The position numbers were made by a program, and so were the translations under genes. The notes under the pieces are model-generated. The model searched no databases. It saw only the letters and a list, made by a program, of their open reading frames with translations, and was not told where the DNA came from. Source: Botryllus schlosseri (lineage: Eukaryota). From it: 64,000 nucleotides of DNA. The DNA is taken from the NCBI GenBank assembly GCA_051294905.1, contig CM119372.1:4216001-4280000 (forward strand), in the 5' to 3' direction. Numbering within the stretch: the first letter of the stretch is position 1; every line of letters starts with the position of its first letter. This document shows, one piece after another, positions 62,570 to 64,000 of this stretch.

Positions 62570-63889
62570 CAGGGGCGTATCCAGAGCGCGAAAAAGGGGG
62601 GGGGTTTGCGTTACGAATTTGACTATTATGACGTCATCAATGCGATCACTCGTCTTCACGCCATGGCGAATATCAACGATATACGATAATGTATAGTTTG
62701 ATAATAAAAAGAGATTTGCGGTGAGTGGGAGATGCACGAACACGATGCAGACATTGCCTGAAAATCGCGTTTTTTTATGGTATGATTAAAAGAAATTCGT
62801 AAATGCTCGCATTTAGTCATGAGCCGGCAAACGCCGCCCGTCTCCAAGCGCCTACTTCCGGCCAGAGATATGCGACTTTGTTAGGTTTTGACGACATTAT
62901 GCGCACGCCCGGTGGTATCGCAGCGGACGAACAAGCGCGGAATAGGGCGGTAGCATAAACGAGGGCGATCGCCAGAGGTGTGGTGTGAACAGTGTACGTC
63001 GTACACGAATGTGTGCTTTTCGATGGCTTTACCAGCCGTACGGCTGAGCGTGTAGTACGCGCGAAGAATAATTAGGCCTTAATTGCAAGCACGCAAGTCA
63101 GTCAATTATTACAGAGTACACACTGGGATAATGACTTGATCGACAGAGAAATTTGTCAGCCGATATAATTAGGTTAACTTTACTACTAGGCCTACTCAAT
63201 TCTCCCGTTCAGCGGCAACATAGGCCTGTATTTCAACTACAGCAAGCCACCTAACAATCGGGAACGTGGATTGCTAGGCTTGTATTTTGAATGTGACTGT
63301 CAATCGTAGGCCATTTCTCGCCGATAATCGCGAAGACAATGTGGATTTGAGAACAGCATTGTCGTACTGGTGCCGCCGTGTCTGCGTCTCGCTGATCAAT
63401 CAACACGCCGTGCAATTCTTAATTAGGATTTCAAGGCGAGCAGGTGCAGCGAATTCGTGGGCGCTGTTGATTGCCGACAACTTCGTCTTGGCAATTACGT
63501 ATCGCGTCGACCAATTAGATTAGATTTTCCAATAATGCGTCTCTCATTTTAGCAAGGCGAGAGAGAAATCGAGGGAAGAAAGTTGAGAACGTCTGCAACT
63601 GCCACAGCTGAAATGTAGCTGAACAAGGGCAGAATTCGTATGGAATTTGCGAAATATGATGACTTATTTTAACCTTTCGACTAATTCGGCGCATAATTCC
63701 AATATTTTGTAGGGGTTATAAACCCCCTAAATAACATTAGGACACCATATTCGCCTTCTCATATGAAAAAACGGATATGTTAAACTAATAAATTAGCAAA
63801 TATTAGTGGCTATATTTGACATCAATTTTTTGAATTTTGAAAAGGGGGGGGTTCCGACCCCCTAAAACCCCCCCCTGGATACGCCACTG
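62570..63889. mobile_element. hAT non-autonomous element (1320 bp)
   Basis: TIRs caggggcgtatccag / ctggatacgccactg. Perfect TSD ACTATGTA. Confidence 0.9.
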
Positions 63890-64000
63890 ACTATGTATAT
63901 AGCAATATGTCATTGCTGAATAATGAATAAGGGAACATCTTGAATTATGCACAAGTGGGTAATTTACTATCAATCGCTTGTATAGGTTGCAGTCTAGAAA

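Overview
AT-rich metazoan genomic DNA with spliceosomal introns, some only 59-75 nt. It is tentatively from an invertebrate chordate such as a tunicate; this is an inference, not shown by the sequence. I reconstructed four genes by hand from GT/GC-AG boundaries and phase-consistent reading frames: an SLC6A7-like proline/amino-acid transporter (minus, 14 exons, 77-10195, first exon unresolved), an ASB1/ASB12-like ankyrin-SOCS box gene (minus, 16204-19865), a HAND bHLH gene (plus, 25700-28194) and a GULP1/CED-6 PTB adaptor (minus, 45394-61303, N-terminus not found). The rest is TE-rich: one full-length intact I-group LINE with TSD (36147-41574), a truncated relative, Penelope-like (PLE) fragments, tRNA-derived SINEs and many hAT-type MITEs with 8-bp TSDs. 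Most notable: (1) a family of PLE terminal repeats carrying minimal dimer-type hammerhead ribozymes, with one intact core lying sense inside an ASB intron and having a possible loop-II pseudoknot; (2) a HAND protein reading about 230 aa past its normally terminal motif and with an altered basic region; (3) a 382-codon phase-0 cassette exon with tyrosine motifs in GULP, plus a GC-AG intron. All coordinates were read by eye and no database searches were run.
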